Positions 38,898 to 48,090 of a DNA stretch of 64,000 nucleotides are shown one piece after another. The position numbers and the translations under genes are program-made. Below the pieces are notes generated by a model, which saw only the letters and a program-made list of their open reading frames with translations, had not been told where the DNA came from and ran no database searches. Source of the DNA: Candidatus Latescibacterota bacterium (GTDB taxonomy: Bacteria > Latescibacterota > UBA2968); assembly GCA_038279365.1 (NCBI GenBank), contig JAYODI010000012.1, forward strand, positions 24,189 to 88,188. The letters are read 5' to 3'. Positions within the stretch are counted from its first letter, which is position 1, and every line of letters starts with the position of its first letter.

Positions 38898-39590
38898 ATG
38901 AACAACAACCGAAAAATTCATGACCTCAAACGCGAGCTCTCTGGTCGCTATCACCTATCCGAAGAACGCCACAACATTTGTGGGCGCAACCTCGCCATTA
39001 CCTGTGTCGAAGATGCCGAAGCACTCTTTAGCAAAATGATCGTGGCCGACCCCAACAGCCTCGAAGTAAAAGACGAGCGCCTGCCTTACTGGGCTACACT
39101 TTGGGGGTCTGCGCTTGTTTTGGCCGATGCCATTTTAACAAACGACCTAATCACCCCAGGCGAACAAGCCCTCGAGTTGGGCTGTGGCCTCGGTCTTGCA
39201 TCAGCCATTGCCGCACTCAAACGCGCCAAAGTTACGGTTTCTGATTACCAAGCCGATGCCCTTAAATTTGCACGCCTCAATTGCCTACAAATATCTGGGC
39301 AAGATCCCGAAACATTGTTGCTCGACTGGCGAGAGCCTCCCACAGAGAAACAATATCCCCTTCTCTTAGGTGCCGACTTGGTTTACGAATCGCGTTTTTT
39401 TGCCCCACTCATCAACACCTTTAACACCCTGCTCGCGCCCAATGGCCGAATCCTGTTTGGTGAACCCAACAGAATGCTTGGCAAACCCTTCTTCGACAAA
39501 CTCGAAGAAAACCACTGGACATTCACCCCGCTGTTAGAAAACGAAGACGGTACCGTGTATGAAATTAGGCGCATAGACGCACAGCCGTAG
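38898..39590 (+). CDS. class I SAM methyltransferase (Methyltransf_16-like)
   Basis: LPYWATLWGS, LELGCGLG, LDW and GADLVYE motifs. Confidence 0.9.
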   Translation: MNNNRKIHDLKRELSGRYHLSEERHNICGRNLAITCVEDAEALFSKMIVADPNSLEVKDERLPYWATLWGSALVLADAILTNDLITPGEQALELGCGLGLASAIAALKRAKVTVSDYQADALKFARLNCLQISGQDPETLLLDWREPPTEKQYPLLLGADLVYESRFFAPLINTFNTLLAPNGRILFGEPNRMLGKPFFDKLEENHWTFTPLLENEDGTVYEIRRIDAQP

Positions 39591-39618
39591 GCTACAACGA
39601 GCGTAGCGAGTAATAGAC
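39587..39618 (+). repeat. degenerate GTAG-type REP-like element
   Basis: GTAG-GCTACAAC-GAGCGTAGCGAG-TAATAGAC, overlapping the TAG stop. Single copy in the window. Confidence 0.4.
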
Positions 39619-39629
39619 GAATAGGTTTT

Positions 39630-39700
39630 GATTCGTAGATTCGTAGATTCGTTCATTCATTCATTCGTTCATTCGCTGATTCGCTGATTCGCTGATTCGC
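39630..39700. repeat. tandem octamer repeat (about 9 units of SATTCRNW)
   Basis: GATTCGTA x2, GATTCGTT, CATTCATT, CATTCGTT, CATTCGCT, GATTCGCT x2, GATTCGC. Confidence 0.9.
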
Positions 39701-39704
39701 GCCT

Positions 39705-40589
39705 TTAATAAAGATCCAACCCCGACGCATCCAACTCGCTGCGCAACGAAGCCAAACCCGCCTCATCCAATGGCCGTGTTGGTTTAACAGGGTCACCACA
39801 GTCAATGCCTTGCCAACGCAAAATGGCACGCACACTGGCATGCCCACCATAGTTTTGACAAATGCGAATCAATTGGTTCACTTCACCTTGAAGTTTACGC
39901 CCTGTTTCTAAATCGCGGTTATGAACCGCCTCATAAATGCCCACAAAATGGGCTGGCATCAAATTGTAAAATGTACCAATACCGGCCTGTGCGCCCATTG
40001 TAATTCCAGCCAATGCCACTTCATCGTGTCCATTAAACACATGGGGTTTGTGACGCCCATTTAGAATGCCTTCCATCAAATAGAGGTTGTGATTGGTAAA
40101 TTTCAACCCAACCACCCCATCAATATCCAACATTGCCTCCACCTGATCCAAGGTAAACTCTTGATGGGTAACCACTGGAATATAATAAACAAACAAAGAC
40201 AAATGCTCAGCTAAAACGCGATAATAAGACAATATATCGGCAAACTTATACCCTTGCACATAAGGTGGCAAACTCGAAATGGCATCGGCACCCGCATCGG
40301 CGGCGTGTTTGGCCAGTTCCACAGCGTCGCGCTCAGAAGGCGCGCCCACATGCACCACCACGCGCCCATTGCCACGCGATGTTTTGACCGCAATTTCAGT
40401 GGCCAATTTGCGCTCAGCCAACGTCATCAAATACCCTTCACCCGTATTGCCCGCCACATAGACACCGTGTGATCCCTGTTCATAGATATGCCCAATCAAC
40501 TTCTCAAATGCACTGGGGCTAAATTCACCCTTATCATCGCGTGGGCTCACCAACGCAGGATACATCCCATTAAATCCGTCAAGCAACAT
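39705..40589 (-). CDS. DHDPS/N-acetylneuraminate lyase-family aldolase
   Basis: GVYVAGNTGE, VVVHVGA, YYIP, GLKFT and GIGTFYN motifs. Confidence 0.92.
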   Translation of the reverse strand: MLLDGFNGMYPALVSPRDDKGEFSPSAFEKLIGHIYEQGSHGVYVAGNTGEGYLMTLAERKLATEIAVKTSRGNGRVVVHVGAPSERDAVELAKHAADAGADAISSLPPYVQGYKFADILSYYRVLAEHLSLFVYYIPVVTHQEFTLDQVEAMLDIDGVVGLKFTNHNLYLMEGILNGRHKPHVFNGHDEVALAGITMGAQAGIGTFYNLMPAHFVGIYEAVHNRDLETGRKLQGEVNQLIRICQNYGGHASVRAILRWQGIDCGDPVKPTRPLDEAGLASLRSELDASGLDLY

Positions 40590-40671
40590 CCAAATCCTCC
40601 CGGTCAATAGTTTTTCGCTAAAATATCAGAGCCAGCCATTCAAGAATGGCCCCCTTCCACAATTCATCCAA

Positions 40672-40872
40672 TCATCTGCCCCCCCCGTCGGGCCAAACAC
40701 CCCACAGATTGCTCAGAACAGCCGCAAAGGTATCGACATCACCACGCGTTGTCAATGCTCTTATGAGGGTGGTGTCAAAAAATTTTGGGCCACGCCAAAA
40801 ATCTATAATGCCCAACAACCGCCATCGTTCCTCTAGCAGCTCAAGTAAAGTCTTATTTTGCCATTGTCCCAC
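40672..40872 (-). pseudogene. possible ADP-ribosylglycohydrolase C-terminal remnant
   Basis: FDTTLIRALTTRGDVDTFAAVLSNLWGVW resembles the GDxDTxAAxxGxLxGA motif; the rest of the gene is missing. Confidence 0.4.
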
Positions 40873-40940
40873 CCCACCCCACAGTGTATCTTAGCATTCC
40901 TTTTTGCTTCAATTTTCATATCCAAAACGACAGTGACCTC

Positions 40941-42311
40941 ATGATGCACGCATCTCAAAAACTCGGCCTTTACTTGGGTCTACTCCTGCCCTTTACCATA
41001 TTCCTCATACCAGGGCTGAACGGCCCGTCACAGGTGGCACTTGCCATAGCCGTCTTTGCCATTGTCTATTGGACCTTCGAACCCGTTCCCATTCCCTACA
41101 CCGCAATTCTCATGCTCACGCTGTACCCCTTACTTAATGTATTGCCCTTCGAAACCACATTCAACGCATTTTCGGGCAAAGCCATTTGGCTTGTTTTTTC
41201 GGGCATGGCACTCAGTTTGGGCATCACCGAAACACCGCTTGGTTTGCGTATCTCCCACCTGATCTTAGATCGGGTGCGATCATATCAACAACTCCTCTTT
41301 GGCTTGCACTTACTTGGCCTCATCATGGCCTTGCTCATCCCTTCAGGTGTTGTGCGCGTGCTCATTCTTATGCCCATGGTCTTAAGCCTGCTCAAATCAC
41401 TAGGGGAAAAGCCTGGGTCTAAAATCAGTGCCGCCTTTGTGCTTGCAGTGGTCTGTTCCACCTATTATGGTGGCGTAGGCATTCTCACCGCATCAGTGCC
41501 CAACCTCGTTTTGTTGGGTGTGCTCGAAGCCCACAACATCACTCTTTATTGGAGTCAATGGGCCTACTATCTGTTTCCCGTCATTGGCCTGCTTCGCGTA
41601 GGTGTCGTTTATTTGCTCATTCGCTTTATTTTTCATACCACACAAGAACCCGACCTCTCCAAACCACCCACTATTGGTGATGTGCCTCCCAATCTCACCA
41701 CAGCCGAAAAAAAAGTGCTCGGTGTCTTACTCACAGGCATCCTTTTATGGGCCACAGATGCCATCCACGGGATACATCCTGTCTTCATAGGCCTCGGCAT
41801 CGTTTTATTTATTTACTTACCCGTTTGGGGTCCCCTTCAATTTGAAACCATCAAAAAAGTCAATTTTCCACTCCTCATCTATATTGCCGCCACATTCACC
41901 ATGGGGTATGCCCTCGAACACACGGGCCTCAACAATCATCTCACAGCCATCTTTACGCCATTCCTTCAGCAAATCACATCGCCCATTACCCTCTTAGGGT
42001 GTGTCACCTATCTCGCGATTCCTTTCAACTTTCTCATGGATACGGCCGTTGTTGCTGGCGTGCTGACCCCACTCATACTCGACCTTGCCACCGCTCTCAA
42101 CTTGCCCCCACTCCCCTTAGCCCTCAGCCTCGGCATTGGCACGGGCATTGTCTCAATCCCATACCAAGGCGCACCCTTTGTCGTTGCCTACAGCTTTCGC
42201 CAAGTCACCATGAGCCAATTCATCCTTATTATGATGCTCATCACACTGATCTCACTCACCGTGCTGGTTCCCCTCAACCTTCTCTATTGGCACCTGATAG
42301 GGTTTGTCTAA
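40941..42311 (+). CDS. SLC13/DASS family anion transporter
   Basis: YWTFEPVPIP, LIPSGVVR, GILTASVPN and IPYQGAP motifs; many TMs. Confidence 0.9.
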   Translation: MMHASQKLGLYLGLLLPFTIFLIPGLNGPSQVALAIAVFAIVYWTFEPVPIPYTAILMLTLYPLLNVLPFETTFNAFSGKAIWLVFSGMALSLGITETPLGLRISHLILDRVRSYQQLLFGLHLLGLIMALLIPSGVVRVLILMPMVLSLLKSLGEKPGSKISAAFVLAVVCSTYYGGVGILTASVPNLVLLGVLEAHNITLYWSQWAYYLFPVIGLLRVGVVYLLIRFIFHTTQEPDLSKPPTIGDVPPNLTTAEKKVLGVLLTGILLWATDAIHGIHPVFIGLGIVLFIYLPVWGPLQFETIKKVNFPLLIYIAATFTMGYALEHTGLNNHLTAIFTPFLQQITSPITLLGCVTYLAIPFNFLMDTAVVAGVLTPLILDLATALNLPPLPLALSLGIGTGIVSIPYQGAPFVVAYSFRQVTMSQFILIMMLITLISLTVLVPLNLLYWHLIGFV

Positions 42312-42489
42312 AAGCAGTGAAACGGCCAAAATGTGAAACGGCAAATGTGAAACGGCAAAAGTAAAATCTTAAAATCTGTAAAACAAAACCCCAATATATC
42401 GCGCAATTAAATAACATTGTTGATTCGTCTGCCGTTTGCCATTTGCCGTTTGCCGTCTGCCATTTGCCATTTGCCATTTGCCATTTGCC
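42309..42489. repeat. inverted heptamer cassette, copy 3 (largest)
   Basis: Left arm (GTGAAACGGCAAAT) x3 at 42317-42359; right arm nine RTYTGCC heptamers at 42427-42489. Confidence 0.9.
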
Positions 42490-42576
42490 CTCTCTTTCCC
42501 CCTTGACAATCCCCCCCCGATACACTTTACTATTCACACGGTTCTCATTCAACGTATATCTTGTAGGAGCAAACGC

Positions 42577-44187
42577 ATGTCTCAATCTATTGCAGGTGAA
42601 AAAGCATTGGCCTGGGGGGCCATAGAAGCGGGTGTTCATTTGGTAACGGGGTATCCCGGCTCTCCCGGAACCAACACTTTTATCAACTTGGCCGAAGCAG
42701 CCAAAGACCACGGCCACCACGCCGAATGGTGCCTCAACGAACGCATCGCTCTCGATATGGCCGCAGGGTCTTCGCAAGCTGGCAAACGCGCCCTTGTATG
42801 CCTCAAAAGTGTGGGCATGAACGTTGCGCTTGATACGCTCATGGTCTTAAACATGACGGGCGTCAATGCGGGCCTCGTCATCGTTATGGGTGATGACCCA
42901 GGTGCTTGGGGTTCTCAAAATGAGCAAGACACACGCCCACTTGGCCCATTGGCCGAAGTGCCCATGCTCGAACCTGCCACCCCGTCAGAAGGCCGTGCCA
43001 TGATGCGCTGGGCCTTTGACTACTCCGAATCCCTCCAATCGGTTGTCATCTTGCGCATTACACGCAGCTACAGCACAAGCACCGAAGAGCTCCCACCTCT
43101 TAATGCACCCGCTTCAAAACCCACCAAACCCGCCGACCGAGAGCCATTAAGTTGGATTTCGGCCCTGCGCACAACAGAAGCCAACCACACCCAACTTCAC
43201 AAAAAACTCGCCAAAGCCACACAAGACTTTAGCGAGTCCACATTCAATCGGGTCAATGGTTCTGGAAAAAAAGGCATCATTGCAGCGGGTATGGTACACA
43301 CAAAACTGATGGATGCGCTCAAAGGGGCCGACATTTCAAGCCTCGCTATTCTCAAACTCAGTGCCATATATCCCCTCCCCCAAGACCTCATTGCCACCTT
43401 TATGGCCCAATGTGATGAAATTCTCGTCTTAGAAGAAGTAGACCCCTATGTTGAAGACAACATCAAAGCCATTGGTTATGATACAGGCAACACCCCCACC
43501 ATCATCGGCAAACGCACAGGGCATGTTGCCAGTGTGGGGGAATTGTTCCGCTGGCAAATCCAAAAAGCGCTCGATACCTTTTTACCCGGCTTTTCACCTG
43601 AAACACGTTACACACAAGAAAATTGGGAAAGTGAAAAACCCTTTCGCAAAAACCATTGCGCGGGTTGTCCTTTCCCTGAAGTGCTCAAAGCACTGCGCGA
43701 CGAAGCCAAAGGTTTGGGGCAAAATCCTTTCATCTCTGCAGATCCTGGCTGTATCGTTATGGCCTCCCAAATGCTCGACACCAAACTCTCTATGGGCTCA
43801 GCCGTAGGTGTGGCTTGTGGGCTACAACGCGCCAACATTCCCGAACGAACCATTGCCGTATGCGGTGACTCAGCCTTTTATCACGGGGGTGTCAACGCCC
43901 TCATACATGCCAAAGCCACCAACTCCAACCCCATCCTTCTGGTACTCGACAATGGAGGCGCCCTCACCACAGGTGGTCAAAACACACCCGATCGTGGCGT
44001 GGCTTTGGGTGACAAAGTGGGTCCCACAGTCACCATTCACGACCTTGCTCTTGCCTGCGGTGCCTCTATTGTGCGTGAAATCAAAGAAGACGACAGCGAC
44101 GAACACATGCGTGCCATCTTCCGCGAAGCCCTCCAAGACCATACGCTCAATGTCATTATTGCACGCAAACCTTGTAAACACGAATGA
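42577..44187 (+). CDS. indolepyruvate:ferredoxin oxidoreductase alpha-like ThDP enzyme lacking the C-terminal ferredoxin domain
   Basis: GYPGSP, NERIALD, KSVGMNVALD, DDPGAWGSQNEQDTR, CAGCP, DPGC and the ThDP motif GDSAFYH..LDN..TTGGQ; RBS AGGAG. Confidence 0.88.
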   Translation: MSQSIAGEKALAWGAIEAGVHLVTGYPGSPGTNTFINLAEAAKDHGHHAEWCLNERIALDMAAGSSQAGKRALVCLKSVGMNVALDTLMVLNMTGVNAGLVIVMGDDPGAWGSQNEQDTRPLGPLAEVPMLEPATPSEGRAMMRWAFDYSESLQSVVILRITRSYSTSTEELPPLNAPASKPTKPADREPLSWISALRTTEANHTQLHKKLAKATQDFSESTFNRVNGSGKKGIIAAGMVHTKLMDALKGADISSLAILKLSAIYPLPQDLIATFMAQCDEILVLEEVDPYVEDNIKAIGYDTGNTPTIIGKRTGHVASVGELFRWQIQKALDTFLPGFSPETRYTQENWESEKPFRKNHCAGCPFPEVLKALRDEAKGLGQNPFISADPGCIVMASQMLDTKLSMGSAVGVACGLQRANIPERTIAVCGDSAFYHGGVNALIHAKATNSNPILLVLDNGGALTTGGQNTPDRGVALGDKVGPTVTIHDLALACGASIVREIKEDDSDEHMRAIFREALQDHTLNVIIARKPCKHE

Positions 44188-44204
44188 CTTTCTATTTAAA
44201 AACG

Positions 44205-44244
44205 AAAAAACCGCAAAGCATCTTCATGCTTTGCGGTTTTTTTT
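44205..44244. terminator. bidirectional intrinsic terminator
   Basis: A6-CCGCAAAGCAT-CTTC-ATGCTTTGCGG-T8. Confidence 0.9.
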
Positions 44245-44246
44245 AT

Positions 44247-44343
44247 AAAAAAAGAGGTCCTTTCGGGTCGCGGAACCCGAAAGAACCCTGTCGAAGCTAG
44301 TGATACCGCTTGGTCATTGTCAATAATCGGCAACAAGGTACCC
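44247..44343 (-). ncRNA. candidate small structured RNA or structured 3' UTR (two hairpins plus U-tract)
   Basis: Hairpin GGTACCTTG...CAAGCGGTATC, then hairpin GGTTCTTTCGGGT/ACCCGAAAGGACC followed by TC and T7. No family recognised. Confidence 0.3.
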
Positions 44344-44415
44344 AAACTTGAATTAAAAATAACCTTGCAACAAACAAACGCACCACAAAACACCACGCAA
44401 GAACAGTAATAACAA

Positions 44416-45021
44416 CTATTTACCAGAATTAAATCTTATGCTCTCAACGATCTTGCGATATTCAGCAACGGGGTATCCCACGTCATTGCTTCCATTGCCA
44501 ATCATAAAATACCCTTGATCTTTATGCACCGCAATAGCAGCCAAAAAGCTCGTGCCAGGAACCCATTGGCTGGGCAAAGCAGAAGGAGCATTTCTAAATT
44601 GCCACACAATCAATTCACCGCCTGCAATCGTCACTTTTTGTTTTTCTTCTATTACACCATACCCACCAAAATAGACCTTCAATTCATTTTCTTCAAAAGC
44701 ATTCGCCAATTCTACAATATCAATGCCATCCGAAACAGCCTTCGCCATCAAAAAAAGTTCAGGACGAAACGCAGCCCCCAAAGATTCCGTAATTGGGCTG
44801 GCAATATGAATCTCAACCGCGGGTAAACCATTGGGATAGCGTTGTGTCAAAAAGGTTTGCGCACTAATGCCCCAGTCCGTAGTTGGGCGTGAAACTTGAA
44901 ACCCCCAAGTATCGTTCACATAAACCAACTCACCATCGGCAACACCCAAATCGGGTGCTGTCGGAATAGTACCGCACCCACACACCCACAACAAACCCAA
45001 AACAATAAGACGGTGCCTCAT
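44416..45021 (-). CDS. putative lipoprotein, PsbP/DcrB-like
   Basis: Lipobox-like WVCGC; YVNDTWGFQVSRPTTDW and EYRKIVESIRF. Confidence 0.7.
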   Translation of the reverse strand: MRHRLIVLGLLWVCGCGTIPTAPDLGVADGELVYVNDTWGFQVSRPTTDWGISAQTFLTQRYPNGLPAVEIHIASPITESLGAAFRPELFLMAKAVSDGIDIVELANAFEENELKVYFGGYGVIEEKQKVTIAGGELIVWQFRNAPSALPSQWVPGTSFLAAIAVHKDQGYFMIGNGSNDVGYPVAEYRKIVESIRFNSGK

Positions 45022-45160
45022 AATCATCCTCCAAATAGAGATGCAATTACCGCCAACGCTATCGTACGCCAAAATAAACAAATCAATAGGCAATGTCAAT
45101 GGCCATTTACGTCCAACTTACTCTGTGGCAAACCATTGCCAAACCCCATCAATTAAACCA

Positions 45161-48055
45161 TTACGGCCTATTAGAGTTCCTATCTTTCTGAGCCAATTCT
45201 GGGTGCATTTGATAAAAAACAGTCTCTATACGTCCCAAGCCAGCACCCATGACCACCACTTGCCCATCCAAAACCACAAAAGGCACCATATCTATACGCC
45301 CACCCAACAAACGCATCTGTTCCAATTCGTGGGTAAGTGCATCATTTGGCAGATGAAGCGCCACCACGCCAAAACCCGCTTGTTGCAAGCAGGTCTCAGC
45401 AGACAAATCGGAGCGGCGCTGTTGTTGCCCCCACAAATAGGCCAATAATGCATCCCAAGCACGAGGGACATCTTGTGCAAATGCATTGCGAAACAATTGG
45501 TCCACAGGACCTTGCCCCACCAAATGCACACGCAACCGATTCATATCATTTACATCTCTCACCCATCGCAACAAACGCTCAGCCAAAGCCCCAGAGGCCG
45601 GATGTGCCAAATCGAGAAACACATCTATGCCCAGGACGTCAACAGGGCTTAAAGTCTTTGCAACGGATATCATACGCATATCCGGTACAAACCCGTCTCC
45701 CACAGCCATAACCGTGCGTTGAAAACGCTCAAAACGAGCCGTTTTTGCAAATGCGGCATCCAACACAAAAGAAGGCACACGATCCAAACCATACCGCTTT
45801 TGCAAAGCCTGCCCTTCTAAAGAAGCAACATCTACCGTTTCAAACTTTGCCAGTGGAAACAACGCCAATGTCGAACGCACAAATGGATACGTTTCACATA
45901 CCACACAGGTAGAATCATTGAGCACTTGCACCCGAAAAGCAACCGGTTCGCGTACCTCACACTTGGCCTGCGGCGTATTTGCGTGTACACAAATCCCTAT
46001 TTTTCCTAAACTTTCACAATCTTCATCCGTGCGACACAATGGCAACTGAGCACACACGTCCACATTCGAATCTGATGCACAAATGGCTTGTGCCAAAGCC
46101 GTTGGATCTAAAAAGGCCTCAACCTCTTTTCCATTTACACGCACAGTAGGCGATGCTTGAATGCCCAACAAATTTGCCCGACGAATGTTGTTAGAAAAAA
46201 GCGTGGCTCCCATATCGCCAGCAACCATCTCTTCTATCTTTGCCACATCCAATCCAAATTCCATCGCACACTTACGCCAATCGTCTGCGGTGGTATTCCG
46301 ACACAAAATGTAATCCCACAACCGTTCAGGATAAAGTTGCCCAATCACCAATTGCCGGATCCCCTCGGTCACTTCTGCATCACCATGTAAACTGCGAAAA
46401 CGCCCCGTGCCCGTTGCTGTTCCCGAACACCCAGGTGTACGCCGTGTATCTGTCACTGACACATCCACATCGTCTACACCCACTTCATCGGCAATAAAAT
46501 ATAATTTTAAATCCACCTGATCACCCATTTGGCGAAGCAACGGAATCAACGCATTTTCTGCACGTATGCCATAAGGACAATCGGCCATCACAAACAACTC
46601 TACCAAAGGCTTGCCTTCTTGAGCCAGATCCAATGCGGTTTGCAACGATGGTTTCTTTTGCCCTTGCCCGTGATGTGTAATTTCTGCCAACATATCGGGA
46701 AAACGTGTCATAAAATCGGGCGTCTGATCGGCATCGTGACATTGTTGACACAAATCTGGCGTGGGGCTGTGCCGAATGTTCCGCTTTTCTGGGCGTTTCA
46801 CATGCTGCCCACCTGGCCCATGACACACTTCACATTGTACGTTCGTAAGCGATTCATGATCGCGCCCAATACGAAACCCCGTTTCAAAACCAAACCCCGT
46901 CGTATGGCAAGGCACACAATCTGGCTGAACATGTTTTTGTTGTTGCAACAACCTTTGAAATGCATGCGCATGGGGAGTACTTTGCCAATCGGCATATTCC
47001 TTTTCATGACAGCCCGCACATGCTTCTGCCCCCATATAGCCATTGTGCCCACTCACAACTTGTTTTTCCAAATCGGCCCCCACAAACCGAGGCGTATTTG
47101 TCATTTGCAATGTTGCGCTTTCGGCCACCTTTGCATAAAACCCATCCACCATTTTTTTTACGGCCACATCTTCACCAATATTTTCAGTTACAAAAGAAGA
47201 CACAACCCGACGCTTGACAATATGTCCATTTACCACATCCAGCACAGCATACCCAACGGCTTTTCCTTGGGGTTGCGTGCCCAAAATCAATGCCTGTTCC
47301 GTTTCTATCTCCATTTCGTTTGACCGAGTCGAAATAACCACATCCACTTGTGCCACGGCGCGCACCAAGGCGTGTTCGGTCTCGCGATCCAAATCGCTCA
47401 ACACAACCACCATATCCACACCACCCATTTTTTGAATGGATGTCTGCACAGCCAAAACAGCATCTACAATCTCTACATTCTTCGCATCATTTGCCCTATT
47501 CTGCATACCCATTGCAACAACATCAGCCGCAGGCAATGCCGCACCAACGCCTATAACACCAATGCGAATCCCTTCTCGCACAACAACTCGAAATGCGGGC
47601 ACCCATGTATTGCCATCTACACGTACATTGGCATTAACAAAAGGCACCTGAGAAGTATCGCGCATGGTCTTTAAAAAATCCGTGCCAAATTGAAATGCGC
47701 CCACATCAACATGGGCCACATCATATTGCATCGCCCGCATGGCATCTAAATGTATGGCACAGCGCAACTGATCCAATATCGAATCTCCCGCAAACAAACC
47801 ACCCGCATCCAACAAAATCGCCTGAGGGTGCTTATATCGCAAATCCCGCACCATGGCCGCACGCCGAGCAACACCTCCCAACTGGTTTTCAGAACACCCA
47901 CAAACCTCCAAAAAACCTTGTGTATTGCCCGTATAAAGCAACACCACTTCCGTGGCCTGCCCTTGCCCTGCCATCAAAAGGCCAAAAATTAAAAAACCAA
48001 AAACCTGTCGCCACACCGTTAGATAACACACCCTGGCCCACTTCTTCCAATCCAT
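45161..48055 (-). CDS. secreted fusion: UshA-like metallophosphoesterase-fold domain + tetraheme cytochrome c554-like domain + thioredoxin-fold domains
   Basis: LLYTGNTQGFLEVCGC...GGVARRA; LLDAG; heme motifs CAGCH, CVPCH, CEVCH and CQQCH; ELFVMADCPYG...GIQASPTVRVNG. Confidence 0.88.
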   Translation of the reverse strand: MDWKKWARVCYLTVWRQVFGFLIFGLLMAGQGQATEVVLLYTGNTQGFLEVCGCSENQLGGVARRAAMVRDLRYKHPQAILLDAGGLFAGDSILDQLRCAIHLDAMRAMQYDVAHVDVGAFQFGTDFLKTMRDTSQVPFVNANVRVDGNTWVPAFRVVVREGIRIGVIGVGAALPAADVVAMGMQNRANDAKNVEIVDAVLAVQTSIQKMGGVDMVVVLSDLDRETEHALVRAVAQVDVVISTRSNEMEIETEQALILGTQPQGKAVGYAVLDVVNGHIVKRRVVSSFVTENIGEDVAVKKMVDGFYAKVAESATLQMTNTPRFVGADLEKQVVSGHNGYMGAEACAGCHEKEYADWQSTPHAHAFQRLLQQQKHVQPDCVPCHTTGFGFETGFRIGRDHESLTNVQCEVCHGPGGQHVKRPEKRNIRHSPTPDLCQQCHDADQTPDFMTRFPDMLAEITHHGQGQKKPSLQTALDLAQEGKPLVELFVMADCPYGIRAENALIPLLRQMGDQVDLKLYFIADEVGVDDVDVSVTDTRRTPGCSGTATGTGRFRSLHGDAEVTEGIRQLVIGQLYPERLWDYILCRNTTADDWRKCAMEFGLDVAKIEEMVAGDMGATLFSNNIRRANLLGIQASPTVRVNGKEVEAFLDPTALAQAICASDSNVDVCAQLPLCRTDEDCESLGKIGICVHANTPQAKCEVREPVAFRVQVLNDSTCVVCETYPFVRSTLALFPLAKFETVDVASLEGQALQKRYGLDRVPSFVLDAAFAKTARFERFQRTVMAVGDGFVPDMRMISVAKTLSPVDVLGIDVFLDLAHPASGALAERLLRWVRDVNDMNRLRVHLVGQGPVDQLFRNAFAQDVPRAWDALLAYLWGQQQRRSDLSAETCLQQAGFGVVALHLPNDALTHELEQMRLLGGRIDMVPFVVLDGQVVVMGAGLGRIETVFYQMHPELAQKDRNSNRP

Positions 48056-48090
48056 AATTGTCTCACGCATTTCAATATCCTTCCAACAAC

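Noticed and set aside
42309-42489. CRISPR array interpretation of the repeat tracts (also 39630-39700)
   Set aside because: Units are 7-14 nt, tandem, with no unique spacers and no cas genes.
42436-42576. ORF-track N-terminal extensions (IorA from 42436; likewise 20909, 24326, 36088 and 58211)
   Set aside because: They translate repeats or overlap upstream genes; RBS position and family motifs support the later starts.
44185-44199. Sec readthrough of the IorA-like TGA stop
   Set aside because: An in-frame TAA follows three codons later, then a terminator.
44290-44330. tmRNA tag-like reading (DNDQAVSLA)
   Set aside because: No stop after the Ala-like ending, no tRNA-like domain, and the region is far too short.
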